Source of the DNA: Mobula hypostoma
Lineage: Eukaryota
Length of the DNA: 64,000 nt
Direction: 5' to 3'
Assembly (NCBI RefSeq): GCF_963921235.1
Contig: NC_086097.1
Span: 146,322,001 to 146,386,000 of the forward strand
Below, piece after piece: positions 40,236 through 52,073 of the stretch. The notes beneath the pieces are model-generated. The model was not told where the DNA came from and made no database searches. It was given only the letters and a program-made list of their open reading frames with translations. Every line of letters begins with the position of its first letter. Position 1 is the first letter of the stretch. Made by a program: the position numbers and the translations under genes.

Positions 40236-40897
40236 GCGATGGCATTCATTTCGAGAGGTATAGAATACAAGAGCAGGGATGTGATGTTGAGACTCTGTAA
40301 GGCACTCGTGAGTCTACACTTGGAGCAGTGTGCACCATTTTGGGCGCATTCTAAAAAGGATATACTGACATTGGAGAGGGCTCAGAGAAGATTCATGAGA
40401 ATGATTCCAGGAATGAAATGGCAAAGTTATTTCCCATGGTAAGGGAGTCTAGGACAAGAGGGCACGACTTCAGGATTGAAGGACGTCCACTTAGAACAGT
40501 GGTCCCCAACCACCAGGCCGCAAAGCATATGCTACCGGGCCACACTGCTGAACTTGAACACCACCACCTCCGCCCTCTGTTGGCTCGTCCGCAAGAATAT
40601 TGCCAATATTAAACAGGTCCGTGGTGCAAAAAAAAAGGTTGGGGACCCCGGATTTAGAACAGAGATGTGGAAAAATTACTTAAGTCAGAGGGTGGTAAAT
40701 CTGTGGAATTTTTTGCCACGAGTGGCTATGGAGGCCAAGTCATTGGGAGCATTTAAGGCAGAGATAGATAGGTTCTTGATTAGCCAGGGAATCAAAGGAT
40801 ATGGGGAGAAGGCAGGGGAGTGGGGATGACTGAAAGAACTGGATCAGCCCATGATGGGCTGAAAGGCCTACTTCTGCTCCTATATTTAATGGTCTAA
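40236..40897 (+). mobile_element. CR1 LINE 3' end
   Basis: MAFISRGIEYKSRDVML...FMRMIPGMK and SQRVVNLWN...GIKGYGEKAGEWG in ORFs 40143..40442, 40476..40829. Confidence 0.85.
40497..40651. mobile_element. hAT (Charlie-type) MITE, 155 bp
   Basis: TIRs CAGTGGTCCCCAACC/GGTTGGGGACCCCGG; 8-bp TSD ACTTAGAA/ATTTAGAA; interrupts the CR1 frame. Confidence 0.85.
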
Positions 40898-41408
40898 ACT
40901 ACCTGCCCCTCCATATCTTCATATCCTCTGCAAATCTTCCAACAAACCCATCAATTCCATCATCCAAATCATTGACATAAAACGTAAAAAGAATGGTCCC
41001 AACAAAGACCACAGTGGCACACCACTAATCACCAGCAGCCAGTTATTAAAGGCTCCCTTTATTCCCACTCCTTGACTCTTGCCAATTGGCCACTGGTTTA
41101 TCTCTGCTAGAATCTTTCCTGTAATATCATGTGTTTGTAGCTTGTTAAGCAGCCTCAAGTTTGGCACCTTGTCAAAGCCCATCTGAAAATCAAAGTACAC
41201 AACATCAACCAATTCTCCTTTGTCTATCCTGCTTGTTACTTCTTCAAAGAATTCCAACAGATTTGTCAGGCAAGATTTTCCCTGAGGATTTTCCAGACCC
41301 AATCAGTTCCCCTCTACCACCACTCTTCTCTGTCTAGCGGAATTAGTCCTTACTCTTAATAATTTCTCATTTGGCTCCTCCCACTTCCTCCAAACTAAAG
41401 GTGTAGCC

Positions 41409-42581
41409 ATGGGCACCTGTATAGGTCCTAGCTATGTCTGCCTTTTTGTTGGCTTTGTGGAACAATCTATGTTCCGTGCCTATTCTGGTATCAGTCCCCT
41501 ACTTTTCCTTCGCTACATTGACGGCAGCATTGGCGCTGCTTCCTGCATGCATGCTGAGCTCATTGACTTTATTAACTTTGCCTCCAACTTTCATCCTGCC
41601 CTCAAGTTTACCTGGTCCATTTCCGACACCTCCCTCCCCTTTCTAGATCTTTCTGTCTCTGTCTCTGGAGACAGCTTATCCACTGATGTCTACTATAAGC
41701 CTACTGACTCTCACAGCTATCTGGACTATTCCTCTTCTCACCCTGTCTCTTGCAAAAACGCCATCCCCTTCTCGCAATTCCTCCGTCTCCGCCGCATCTG
41801 CTCTCAGGATGAGGCTTTTCATTCTAGGACGAGGGAGATGTCTTCATTTTTTAAAGAAAGGGGCTTCCCTTCCTCCACTATCAACTCTGCTCTTAAAAGC
41901 ATCTCCCCCATTTCACGTACATCTGCTCTCAGTCCATCCTCCCACCACCCCACTAGGAATAGGGTTCCCCTGGTCCTCACCTACCACCCCACCAGCCTCC
42001 GGGTCCAACATATTATTCTCCGTAACTTCCGCCACCTCCAACGGGATCCCACCACTAAGCACATCTTTCCCTCCCCCCCTCTCTCTGCATTCCGCAGGGA
42101 TCGCTCCCTACACAACTCCCTTGTCCATTCGTCCCCCCCATCCCTCCCCACTGATCTCCCTCCTGGCACTTATCCGTGTAAGCGGAACAAGTGCTACACA
42201 TGCCCTTACACTTCCTCCCTTACCACCATTCAGGGCCCCAAACAGTCCTTCCAGGTGAGGCATCACTTCACCTGTGAGTCGACTGGGGTGATATACTGCG
42301 TCCGGTGCTCCCGACGTGGCCTTTTATATATTGGTGAGACCCGACGCAGACTGGGAGACCGCTTTGCTGAACATCTACGCTCTGTCCGCCAGAGAAAACA
42401 GGATCTCCCAGTGGCCACACATTTTAATTCCACATCCCATTCCCATTCTGACATGTCTATCCACGGCCTCCTCTGCTGTAAAGATGAAGCCACACTCAGG
42501 TTGGAGGAACAACACCTTATATTCCGTCTGGGTAGCCTCCAACCTGATGGCATGAACATTGACTTCTCTAACTTCCGCTAG
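41409..42581 (+). pseudogene. PLE reverse transcriptase (C-terminal part) + GIY-YIG endonuclease
   Basis: 390-aa open frame: MGT...PSY, FLRYIDG (YIDD with second Asp lost), PFLD, YYKPTD, IPFSQFLRLRRICS, CxxC, VIYCVRC...YIGET...RFAEH. Confidence 0.9.
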
Positions 42582-42876
42582 GCCCCACCTCCCCCTCGTA
42601 CCCCATCTGTTACTCATTTTTATGCACACATTCTTTCTCTCACTCTCCTTTTTCTCCCTCTGTCCCTCTGAATATACGTCTTGCCCATCCTCTGGGTCAC
42701 CCCCCCCCCCCGTCTTTCTTCCCGGACCTCCTGTCCCATGATCCTCTCGTATCCCCTTTTGCCTATCACCTGTCCAGCTCTCGGCTCTATCCCTCCCCCT
42801 CCTGTCTTCTCCTATCATTTTGCATCTCCCCCTCCCCCTCCAGCTTTCAAATCCCTTACTCACTCTTCCTTCAGTT

Positions 42877-42912
42877 AGTCCTGACGAAGGGTCTCGGCCT
42901 GAAACGTCGACT
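42877..42912 (+). ncRNA. Minimal type I hammerhead ribozyme motif
   Basis: agtc-CTGACGA-agggtctcggcct-GAAAC-GTC-gact: stem I agtc/gact, CUGANGA and GAAA boxes, stem II agg/cct, palindromic ACGT in place of stem III. Confidence 0.75.
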
Positions 42913-45129
42913 GCGCCTCTTCCTATAGATGCTGCTTGGCTTGCTGCGTTCACCAGCAACTTTGATGTGTGTTGCTTGAATTTCCAGCATCTGCAGAATT
43001 CCTGTTGTTTGCCTATTTTATCATATGCCTCCAAGTACCCCGTAACGTCATCCTTAATAATCAACACCAACATCTTTGCAACCTCTGAGGTTAGACTAAC
43101 TAGCCTGTAGTTTCCATTCTTCTGCCTCTCTCCATTCTTAAAGGATGGAGTGACATTTGGAATTTTCCTGTCTTCCAGAACCATTCCAGAATCAAGTGAT
43201 CCTTGAAGATCATTACTACTGCCTCCACGATCTCTTCAGCTACCTCTTCCTGAACTCTGGTGTGTACACCATCTGGTCCAGGTGATTATCTACCTTTGGA
43301 CCTTTCAATGTCCCAAGAACCTTGTCTCTAGTTATGGTAACTTCACATACTTCATGCCCCCCTTACACCTGGAACTCCATCATACTGCTAGTGTCTTCCA
43401 GGGTGAAGACTGACACAAAACACCCATTTAGTTCATACACTATTTTGTTGTCCCCTATTATTATCCAGATATTCACTGTTGCCTCTCCTTTACACTATGT
43501 AACTGAAGAAACTTCTGGTATTCTCTTTAATATTATTGGCTAGCTTACTTTCATATTCCATTTTCACCTTCTTAATGATCTTTTTTTTAAAAAAAAGTTA
43601 CCTTTATTTGTTTTTAAAAGCTTCCTAATCTAATTCCCCACTAATTGTTGCTCTATTATATGCCTTCTTTTTGGCTTTTATGGTGGCTTTGACTTCTCTT
43701 GTTAGCCACAATTGTGTCATCTTTCCTTTAAAATACTTCTTTCTCTTTGGGGTGTATATATCCTGTGCCTTCCAAATTGCTTCCAGAAATTCCAGCCATT
43801 GCTGCTCTGCCGTCACCCCTGTCAGTGTTCTTTTCCAAACAATTCTGGCCAACTCCCCTCTCGTGCCTCTGCAATTCCCTTTACATAGAAACATAGAAAA
43901 CCGACAGCACAATACAGGCCCTTTGGCCCACAATGCTGTGCCAAACATGCACTTACTTTAGAAATTACCTAGGGTTACCCATCACCCTCTATTTTTCTAA
44001 GCTTTACTCCATACTGATACATCTGACTTTAGCTTTTCCTTCTCAAATTTCAGGGTGAATTCGATCATATTATAATTACTTTCCCCTAAGGGTTCTTTTA
44101 CCTTACGCTCTGTAATGAATTTGAATTATTGCACATAGGGGATGAATTCCTCTATTGATAACTATTAGGAACTAATACAATTTTATAGTACTGTAGTAGT
44201 ATTGGTAATTTGTTCTATATTTCATTTAATCACATAGTTTGTTAATCAGTTAAACATTAGTTTGTCTCTTGTACCTTTTCATGAAATTTCAGCTAAGGGG
44301 CAGCCGCTTAATTGGGCCAAAATGTACCCGTCCCGATGCGTCCAATTAACCAGAATTCACTATACTACAATTTTTAATATGTACTATATTTTTCTTTTTT
44401 TTCTAGAATTAGTCCTTGACAAACTGATTACAGACTAATAAATTATTCAAATGATTAGAAATAACTATTCCTGATTTTGGAAAACATTAACTTACCCAGG
44501 CATTTTCAATAATGTAGTGTCTCTACCCTTTTGACTATATTCAATCACAACTGAGCTTTTCTTACCCTTGAAAGCTGCAATAGTGTGTGTGCACACTATT
44601 GTCAATTATTTTTATATGCTAACAGGAGACAGGCGAGAGTATAGATGAGGGTATCGGTGGAGAGAAACAGACATTTGATATTTGGGATGGAGATCCCTTT
44701 ATCCCTCCAATCATGCAGCCTAACCTGCTGAGTTCTTCCAGTATTTTCCTGTTGCACATTCCAGCATCTGCAGTCTTATGTCTCCATTTTACTCCTCCAC
44801 TGCATTCTCTTCAAGCTATACACACTTTGAAGGAGTTTTCCTCCTCATTGACACAGCTTCTGTGACACCCTCTCGCACTGTTCTACGAAATTTCTGATGC
44901 CCCATGCCATATGAAAGATCTCAATCCAAAACTATGACTGTTCATTTCCTCTACTGTATTTTCATATGCTTCTTTGCTCCATCTCTGCCCATCTTGCACA
45001 ATGAGAAGACCACTATATAACAAGTTCTCAGAACATATCCAAAATTCATAATGGATTACTTCGATTCACAAAGAGGGAAAAAATAGAAATTCAATTCATG
45101 CGTTGATACCTGAAACTGAGATATTAACA

Positions 45130-45457
45130 CAGGCCAGCATAATGTCTAGCTCACGGAGCTACTGCCTCATAGCTCCAATGACCTTTTCAATCTGATAACC
45201 AATGCTGTCAGTATGGAGTTTACATATTCCAAAGGCATGGTTTTCTTCCAAGCGCTGTTTCCTTCCACACCTCAAAGATGCATGGGTTGCTAGGTTAGTT
45301 GACCACTGATAATTGCGCCTCGTGTGTTGATGAGTGGTGGATTCAAGAGAGTTGATGAGAATGTAGGAGAATTAGAAGGAAAAGATTGGTGGAACTAGTT
45401 ACCTGACAGTTGACATGGACTCAGAGCCAAAGGCCTTTAACCTGCGTTCCATTATTC
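45130..45457 (+). mobile_element. V-domain SINE (decayed)
   Basis: ggagtttacatatt...ccttccacacctcaaagatgcatgggttgctaggtt core. Confidence 0.5.
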
Positions 45458-46387
45458 TATAGTCATAGTCATATTTTATTAATCCCGGGGGAAATTGGTT
45501 TTTGTTACAGTTGCTCCATGAATAATAAATAGTAATAGAACCATAAATAATTAAATAGTAATATGTAAATTATGCCAGGAAATAAGTCCAGGACCAGCCT
45601 ATTGGCTCAGGATGTCTGACCCTCCACGGGAGGAGTTGTAAAGTTTGATGGCCACAGGCAGGAATGACTTCCTATGAAGCTCTGTGCTGGATCTCAGTGG
45701 AATGAATCTCTGGCTGAATGTACTCCTGTGCCCACCTGGTACATTATGTAGTGTATGGGAGACATTGTCCAAGATGGCATGCAACTTAAGACAGCATCCT
45801 CTTTTCAGACACCACCATGAGAGAGTCCAGTTCCATCCCCACAACATCACCGGCCTTACGAATGAGTTTGTTGATTCTGTTGATGTCTGCCACCCTCAGC
45901 CTACTGCCCCAGCACACAACAGCAAACATGATAGCACTGGCCACCACAGACTCGTAGAACATCCTCAGCATCATCCGGCAAATGTTAAAGGACCTCAGTC
46001 TCCTCAGGAAATAGAGACGGCTCTGACCCTTCTTGTAGACAGCCTCAGTGTTCTTTGACCAGTCCAGTTTATTGTCAATTCGTATCCCCAGGTATTTGTA
46101 ATCCTCCACCATGTCCACACTGACCCCATGGATGGAAACAGGGGTCACCGGTACCTTAGCTCTCCTCAGGTCTACCACCAGCTCCTTAGTCTTTTTCACA
46201 TTAAGCTGCAGATAATTCTGCTCACACCATGTGACAAAGTTTCCTACCGTAGCCCTGTACTCAGCCTCATCTCCCTTGCTGATGCATCCAACTATGGCAG
46301 AGTCATCAGAAAACTTCTGAAGATGACAAGACTCCATGCAGTAGTTGAAGTCCGAGGTGTAAAAGGTGAAGAGAAAGGGAGACAAGA
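45458..46387 (-). mobile_element. Rex1/Babar-clade LINE 3' part
   Basis: ORF 45786..46385 (SPFLFTFYTSDF, KFSDDSAIVG, KTKELVVDLRR, YKYLG, RLYFLRRLRSF); (CATAGT)n tail. Confidence 0.88.
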
Positions 46388-46394
46388 CTATAAC

Positions 46395-46775
46395 TATGCT
46401 ACTGAGGGCATTGCTATTACAGTTGGAGCATAATTCTCACACCATCTGTAAGGAGTATGTATGGTCTCCCCATGACTGTGTGCGTTTCCTCTGGGTTGTC
46501 TGAGATATTATTATTCTGTATTTTATTAGTAAGTCTGCAAACAGCTAAGTACGTTTTTAAATGTTGCCGCTGTAATGAAATTTCCCACTTGGGATCAATA
46601 AAGTACCTATTATTATTACGTTTCCTCCCACAGTCCAAAGACATACTGGTTAGTAGGTTAATTGGTCATTGTAAAATTGTCCTGTGATTAGGCTCGGGTT
46701 AAGTAGGTGGGCTGCTGAGTGTCACTGCTCGTTGGGCTGAGTGCCGGTTCCATACTGCATCTAAATAAATAAATA
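46395..46775 (+). mobile_element. V-domain SINE interrupted by a ~115-bp LINE tail (46502-46618)
   Basis: V core breaks at gggttgtct and resumes gtttcctcccacagtccaaagac; insert ends aaatttcccacttgggatcaataaagtacc(TAT)n. Confidence 0.65.
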
Positions 46776-47464
46776 AGTGAACAAAGTCCTTCAACTATTT
46801 AGTTCCAACACCCACGGTAGATTTGACTGATGCACAGGTGCTCAATATTTAAACAGGCTTTGCCTCCTCCTTTTCAATTTAAAAAATGCTCCCTAACATT
46901 TGTTTTGATTCAGTAATTATTCCCTTGGTCCATTTTCTGCACCATCAAATTTTTGAAATCCAACATTCAGCTTCTTTGTCCCACTCCCATGCACGGCAAC
47001 ATAGCAAATGCAGTTAGCATTAGTCAAGTTTATAAAAATACAAATGGCTCTTTTACAAAACTGTATTACTAATCTGTTTTCCTCTGCAATGCTTTGCCAA
47101 TGGTTACTTCACTTAATTCTAACCTATTTTCTTCTAAAGTAGTCGCTAATCAAACTACAAGTCCAGTAGGAATCTTGTCAAAGTCACCAAAAACACTATT
47201 GTCTGTGACATACTGATTCTCCTTCTCAAATTTAAACTTGCGTTGGTAGAGAAACTAGAAATAAATTTCTGAAGCCAAAGCTCAGGATACATGCTAGATA
47301 CACTGATGTCTGTTTCCTTCTATTAGTCAAGGTGGGGCAATGGTGACCTGTAGGTCATCAAGTTTCCTTTGCATGATGACCTACAGATCATCATTGCCTC
47401 ACCTCACTAGTCATGGACCCCATCACACCAGGTTAAGTTCAACTTGGCAGAATGTGCATGGGCA

Positions 47465-47950
47465 TCTTTAGGGTCTTTATTCGTTTCATGACCACCCTCT
47501 ACTTTTCCTCTTCCCCCTCGGCCCTCCCCTCTTCCATTGAAACCTCCTCATCAAGCGGGGGGTCTTGGGTGTCCTGCAAGATGGAGGGGGAGCTCAGGGT
47601 GGGCTCTTGTCCCTCCATCGGAACCTGCGTCTCCTCTACAGAGACGGCGGGCACCTCCACTCCAGCTGGGGCTATCCCAATGTCATCACTACCCCTGGCC
47701 ACCTGTGCACAGCCCACCCTTTTCAGACAGGTCCTAATAAGGTGGCCCGCCTGCCCACAGAGGTTGCAGGATTTGGCCTCCGTACAGTCTTTTGTAAGGT
47801 GACCCTCCACCTTGCAGTTTCTGCACACCACAGCCTTACACTGGGCTGCGATGTGCCCTGCCTTGCCACAGTTTCGGTTGTCCGGCGTAAACCAGGTCGC
47901 CCCAGTTCCCTCCGATCGCAAAGACTAAGGGTGGGTGGATGACATAGCCA
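47465..47950 (-). mobile_element. Tx1/L1-clade ORF1 fragment with three CCHC zinc knuckles (ZCCHC3-like)
   Basis: HPPLVFAIGGN..LVYAGQP then CGKAGHIAAQC, CRNCKVEGHLTKDC, CNLCGQAGHLIRTC (ORFs 47836..48060 and 47499..47921, one frameshift). Confidence 0.75.
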
Positions 47951-48240
47951 TTGGTGTCATGACCATTTTGACCCATCCACCATTTCATCATGGCTGATCC
48001 ATTTTTTTCTCTCAGCCCCAGTCTCTGCCTTCTCTCCATACCCCTTCGTGCCCTGACCAATCAAGAATTTATCAACCTCTGTCTTAAATAGACATACAGA
48101 CTTGGCCTCCACAGTTGCCTGTGGCTAAGAATTCCACAGATTCACCACTCTCTGGCTAAAGAAATTCCTCATCTCCTTTCTAAAAGGACACCCCCCTATT
48201 CTGAGGTTGTGTCCTCTGGTCTTAGCCTCTCCCACCACTG
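47950..48240 (-). mobile_element. CR1 LINE 3' end
   Basis: Similar to 13060-13370 (ttccacagattcaccactctc; atcatggctgatc). Confidence 0.7.
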
Positions 48241-48249
48241 GAAAAATGT

Positions 48250-48860
48250 GGAATTAAATTTACAACAGTCAAGAGTTAGAAAGAGTAGTGGGGTAAATAT
48301 GCATCTTTGAAATACACCAGTGTTGAAAGTCAGTGAGAAAGAGAGACTGACTGCGGCCTCCTGATAAGCAAGCCGAAGATTCAGTTTCAGTTGGAGGTAC
48401 AGAAGTTCCAGGTTTGAAATGTAGTTATTAGTACTGAGAGAATGATGGTAACTGATCAACAGTAGCCTGACATGTCTTGCTGTTGCCTAGGTGCTCAAGA
48501 TTGGAGAGCCGTTAGATTGCATAAACTGTTGACCTGTTGAGGCAGTGGGTGAATTGCAGAGGGTCCAGCTCTTTGCTCAGGTGGGAGTTATTTCTAGCCA
48601 TATCTAACCCCCCCAAGCATTTAATGGCGGTAGATGTGAATGCTACTGGGTGATAGCTGCTCACCCTGCTCTTCTTGGGCACCAGAATAATTGATGGCCT
48701 TTAGGAACAGGTCAGAAATTCAGACTGTACCATTGAGAGTTTGAAGATGCCCCTGAATACTCCAGTCAGATGGTCCGGAAAGTTTTTCAGTAACTGGCCA
48801 GGTACACCACCAGGGCCTAATGCCTTGAGGGTTCGCCTTAACAAGTGTTTGGACATAGGT
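48250..48860 (-). mobile_element. Decayed Rex1-like RT fragments
   Basis: KALGPGGVPGQLLK...LTGVFRGIF.LS and NTGVFQRCIFTPLLF in ORFs 48701..48889, 48196..48459. Confidence 0.55.
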
Positions 48861-48978
48861 CTCTGAGACAGAGAACACACACACCCCACACTTAATATCT
48901 ATTCTACTCTTTTTCACAAGATGAAAAATTGATGTCTCCCCCTTGTGATTGTTCTTTTTCATCAATTTTGATTTAGAG

Positions 48979-49032
48979 CAGGGGTCCCCAGACTCCTTGG
49001 TTAATGGTAAGGGTCTATGGCATAAAAACCCC
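48979..49032. mobile_element. Tiny hAT-type MITE (54 bp)
   Basis: Starts CAGGGGTCCCCA, ends ACCCC; perfect 8-bp TSD ATTTAGAG (48971-48978, 49033-49040). Confidence 0.7.
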
Positions 49033-50722
49033 ATTTAGAGTTTCTTACATAATGCAATCTACAGTAACTTTCTAGAAATACAAGAAAATAAAGTTAAACA
49101 CAAAGGAGGAAATTAATGTCAGAACCAAGATGAGAGATCTTTATCTTTAAATTCCATAAGTTCCAATCAACCAATTGGAAGGCAGTGGTGAATTTTGGAA
49201 CTGATTTTTGCCTTTGCCATGAGGTTGTCCCAATGATAAGGGTCTCATTGCAAGTCCTTTTGTGGAGCACAGTGTGGTGCAGATTAGTAGCCAATTTTTG
49301 TCTTGCAGATAAGAATACAACGTCCATCCTTGTGTGCATTGGTGAATGAGTCAATGATTACCAGAACTCAGGTACTGAGCAGGTTGAATCTGCATTTTGC
49401 AGTTCAACGACTGAAATTTGGGTGATAATTGTTCTTAAAGAGTATAGTCATCACAGGTTGATCAGCTTTCCATTAACTTCACTCTCAATGTGGCAAGAAG
49501 GATTTTGAGCAAAGGGGGCACTAACTGGTTCTATTATAGACCTGCTGGTTAGTGCCACAGCTTGCATAACCGCAAGACCATCAGACCATAATAAATAGAA
49601 GCATACATTGTGGAGCAAACTGAAATCCATACTGCCATTCAAGGACCAGCTCTTCAATCACTGGGAGGAAACATTTGGGAAGAATGATGGTGATGATCTT
49701 CTCTGTGGCTGATTCCAGAAATAAAAAATAAGACCGTAGATTTATAACTCAAATTCATCAACATCTTCAAGGCAGCAGTACCTCAAGGCAGCAGCATCAT
49801 TAAGAAACCACACCATCCAGGTGATGCCTTCTCTTTACTACACTAAAAATGTTTTAGTGACTGCTTCTTCCCTTCTGTCATCATATTTTTGAATGTTCCA
49901 AGAACATAAATCACTTTTTTTTGCACTATTTACTTGTCCTACACTGTATTGCTGCTGTAGGAGCAACAAATTTCAGGACACATGTTGATGATAATAAAAT
50001 TGATTCAGATACCATCTGCTCCTAATCATTGCTATTATTTTTAAGCCTTGATCTCCTTGGCAGAAGAACCAAAGATTCTCTTTCCACTTGTTAAGTATGG
50101 CAACCCTTAAGTTGTGGACACCATAGCTCTTGCAGGCTGGGAGATGACATTATCTTCGAGAATTGCCTTTGTGAGATCATTGGAAGCTTCAGTATTCATC
50201 TCCTTGCGACAATTGGTAGTGGCATCATGAGACAAATTGATGGAATTCGATTCCAACCACAGTTGCTTTCAAATGTAGAAGATATCACAGCCATCCTCAT
50301 TTTATCACAGCTACACTATGCTGACTACCTTCTATGTATTTAGAATTCATGTAGTTAGAATTCATGCATTTCAAAGATTCTGCTAAATAATCAAAAATGA
50401 GGACAGAGTTTCAAAGCAGGACTGAAATAGTAGTAGGGCTTTCCCAGAACACTCAGATAAATCTTAAAACTACAGCTGAAGATCACTTTTACTTAGGTGA
50501 TACTCAAAGGAAATAAAAAATAAAGTATTCTCAACATAGCCACCATAGGTATTATTGTACACATGGATCATCAATTTGTTTTACAAAATAGCTGACTGAA
50601 ATCTGTTGCATCACTGAGTGGCTCAGAAGAATTGTTACTAAAAGAACATAAAATATTCAAAATGGGAAAGCTGCATCTCCAGCTCAAACTCACAATCAAT
50701 ATTTAAAACGCACTTTTCTTAC

Positions 50723-50864
50723 CTATGAATCTGCCCGTTCCTGTGCAGATAATCAAGCCCCTCCAGTACTTCCTTCAAAATGGTAGCTATGACAGTCTCC
50801 TCCAAAACTCCATTTTTGTGATCTCCCTTTGCTATCACATGTTTAATTATATCTAGTACAGATC
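50723..50864 (-). CDS. OXSR1: OSR1 kinase coding exon (142 bp): (G)[46 protein letters not shown](R)
   Basis: Within ORF 50719..50907; acceptor tttcag|, donor AG|gtaag; phase 1 start and phase 2 end fit neighbouring exons. Confidence 0.92.
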
Positions 50865-51964
50865 CTGAAACAAAACCGAATGGGCAAAATAAAATGAATG
50901 AACCCAAATTTTACCAAGTGTAGCTGAAACATGCAAATGTATATCACATGTTTTATAATGCTCTACATTGTTAGTAAATGGTTAGAATCTGGTTTTAATG
51001 ATGCATGTTAATCTTGTTTGACCATATCCTTTTGTACATAAAATATTCAACTTCAAATCAACTTCATAATAGGAAAAAAACATTAATTTTAAAATAAAAG
51101 CAACCAAGATATTGTGTGCTTGTCTAGATGCAAAATAATTTACTTTTTACAGATCCACTGTTAAAAATCAACTAAATTGGCCTGTAAGAATGAAGTACTT
51201 CTTCAGGCCCCCTACTCCACAAGACTGAGTAAAGAGTTAAAAGCTTCCAAAGTATCTTAGGGGTGACATGGAGATGAGGAAAAGAAAACAGCAAAGTAGA
51301 AAATAAGCCAATCTCTTCCTCATGTTTTTTGTTCTTAGACACACTGCAGTATCATGTTCACATGGGGTTACCTTTAAAAACTTCATGGCCTAGTTTGGGG
51401 CATAGGTGTGGAGGTGGTAATAATATGCAGAAATAAACAGAATTCTGGGCAAGATACATTGAGTGCACTGGTATTTAACCCACAAGCATTTACCTGTACT
51501 TTTAAGGGTAAACCAGAGACAATTTACTGAAATTTAAGCCATTTAATTGCCAAATGGCTGAAGTAAGAACACACATTTACATTGAATTTGAATACATTTC
51601 TTAATAACTAGCAAAATACCAAAGCTTACTACATTTCCTTATTTTGGGGTAAAATACAATTCATCTGAACAAACAGTTCATTGATTCTAGTTAGCATTAA
51701 AATCTAACTAAAATCACCTAGAATTGACCTGCATGTGCTCAACTGGCAAGTACGTAAAGTGAAAGGCCTTTAATGTGCAGTGTAAAGACTGAGGAGGATT
51801 TATCCACACCGTCGCAACCAGTGGGTAAAAGATTCCTTCCCATACATAACCAAGTTCAATTGAAGCTGACTGGCACAGAATTTAAAGCAAGCCAAGTCAG
51901 CTTTAAATAAATTTGGATACTTGATCTTTCCAAACATACAAGTTTTAACATTAAAAACACTTAC

Positions 51965-52073
51965 CACCACTGAGCAACTTCATTACCAACCAGAGCTCAT
52001 CCTTTACCACAAATGAGGTATAATATGACACAATGTTCCTGTGATGGCATTGGCTCATTGCTTGAATTTCTTT
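51965..52073 (-). CDS. OXSR1: OSR1 kinase coding exon (109 bp): [36 protein letters not shown](G)
   Basis: Manual translation of minus strand; acceptor tcaacag| and donor G|gtaagt; alphaC-beta4-beta5 region. CHH-NIVSYY matches OSR1 rather than SPAK (CSHPNVVTYY). Not shown in this frame by the ORF track. Confidence 0.9.

Larger units (their letters stand above)
41286..43010 (+). mobile_element. Penelope-like element (PLE), 5'-truncated
   Basis: RT C-terminal half plus GIY-YIG endonuclease, pyrimidine-rich 3' region, hammerhead motif. Confidence 0.92.
40900..44130 (-). mobile_element. CR1 LINE ORF2 segment split by the Penelope insertion
   Basis: ORFs 40919..41302 (KSCLTNLLEFFEEVT, DFQMGFDKVP), start of 42375..43184 (GNYRLVSLTS), 43625..43948. 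Confidence 0.82.
39701..44362 (+). mobile_element. Tigger/pogo-like DNA transposon remnant hosting nested CR1, hAT and Penelope insertions
   Basis: TA|CAGTGGATTCCAGTTAATTGG ... CCAATTAACCAGAATTCACTA|TA; pogo-like C-terminal remnant (DSW...TIQRCLAHCGF) at ~40135-40200. Confidence 0.7.

Noticed and set aside
42375..43184. 269-aa minus-strand ORF as a novel gene
   Set aside because: Chance read-through from a CR1 ORF2 fragment into the antisense strand of the Penelope 3' region.
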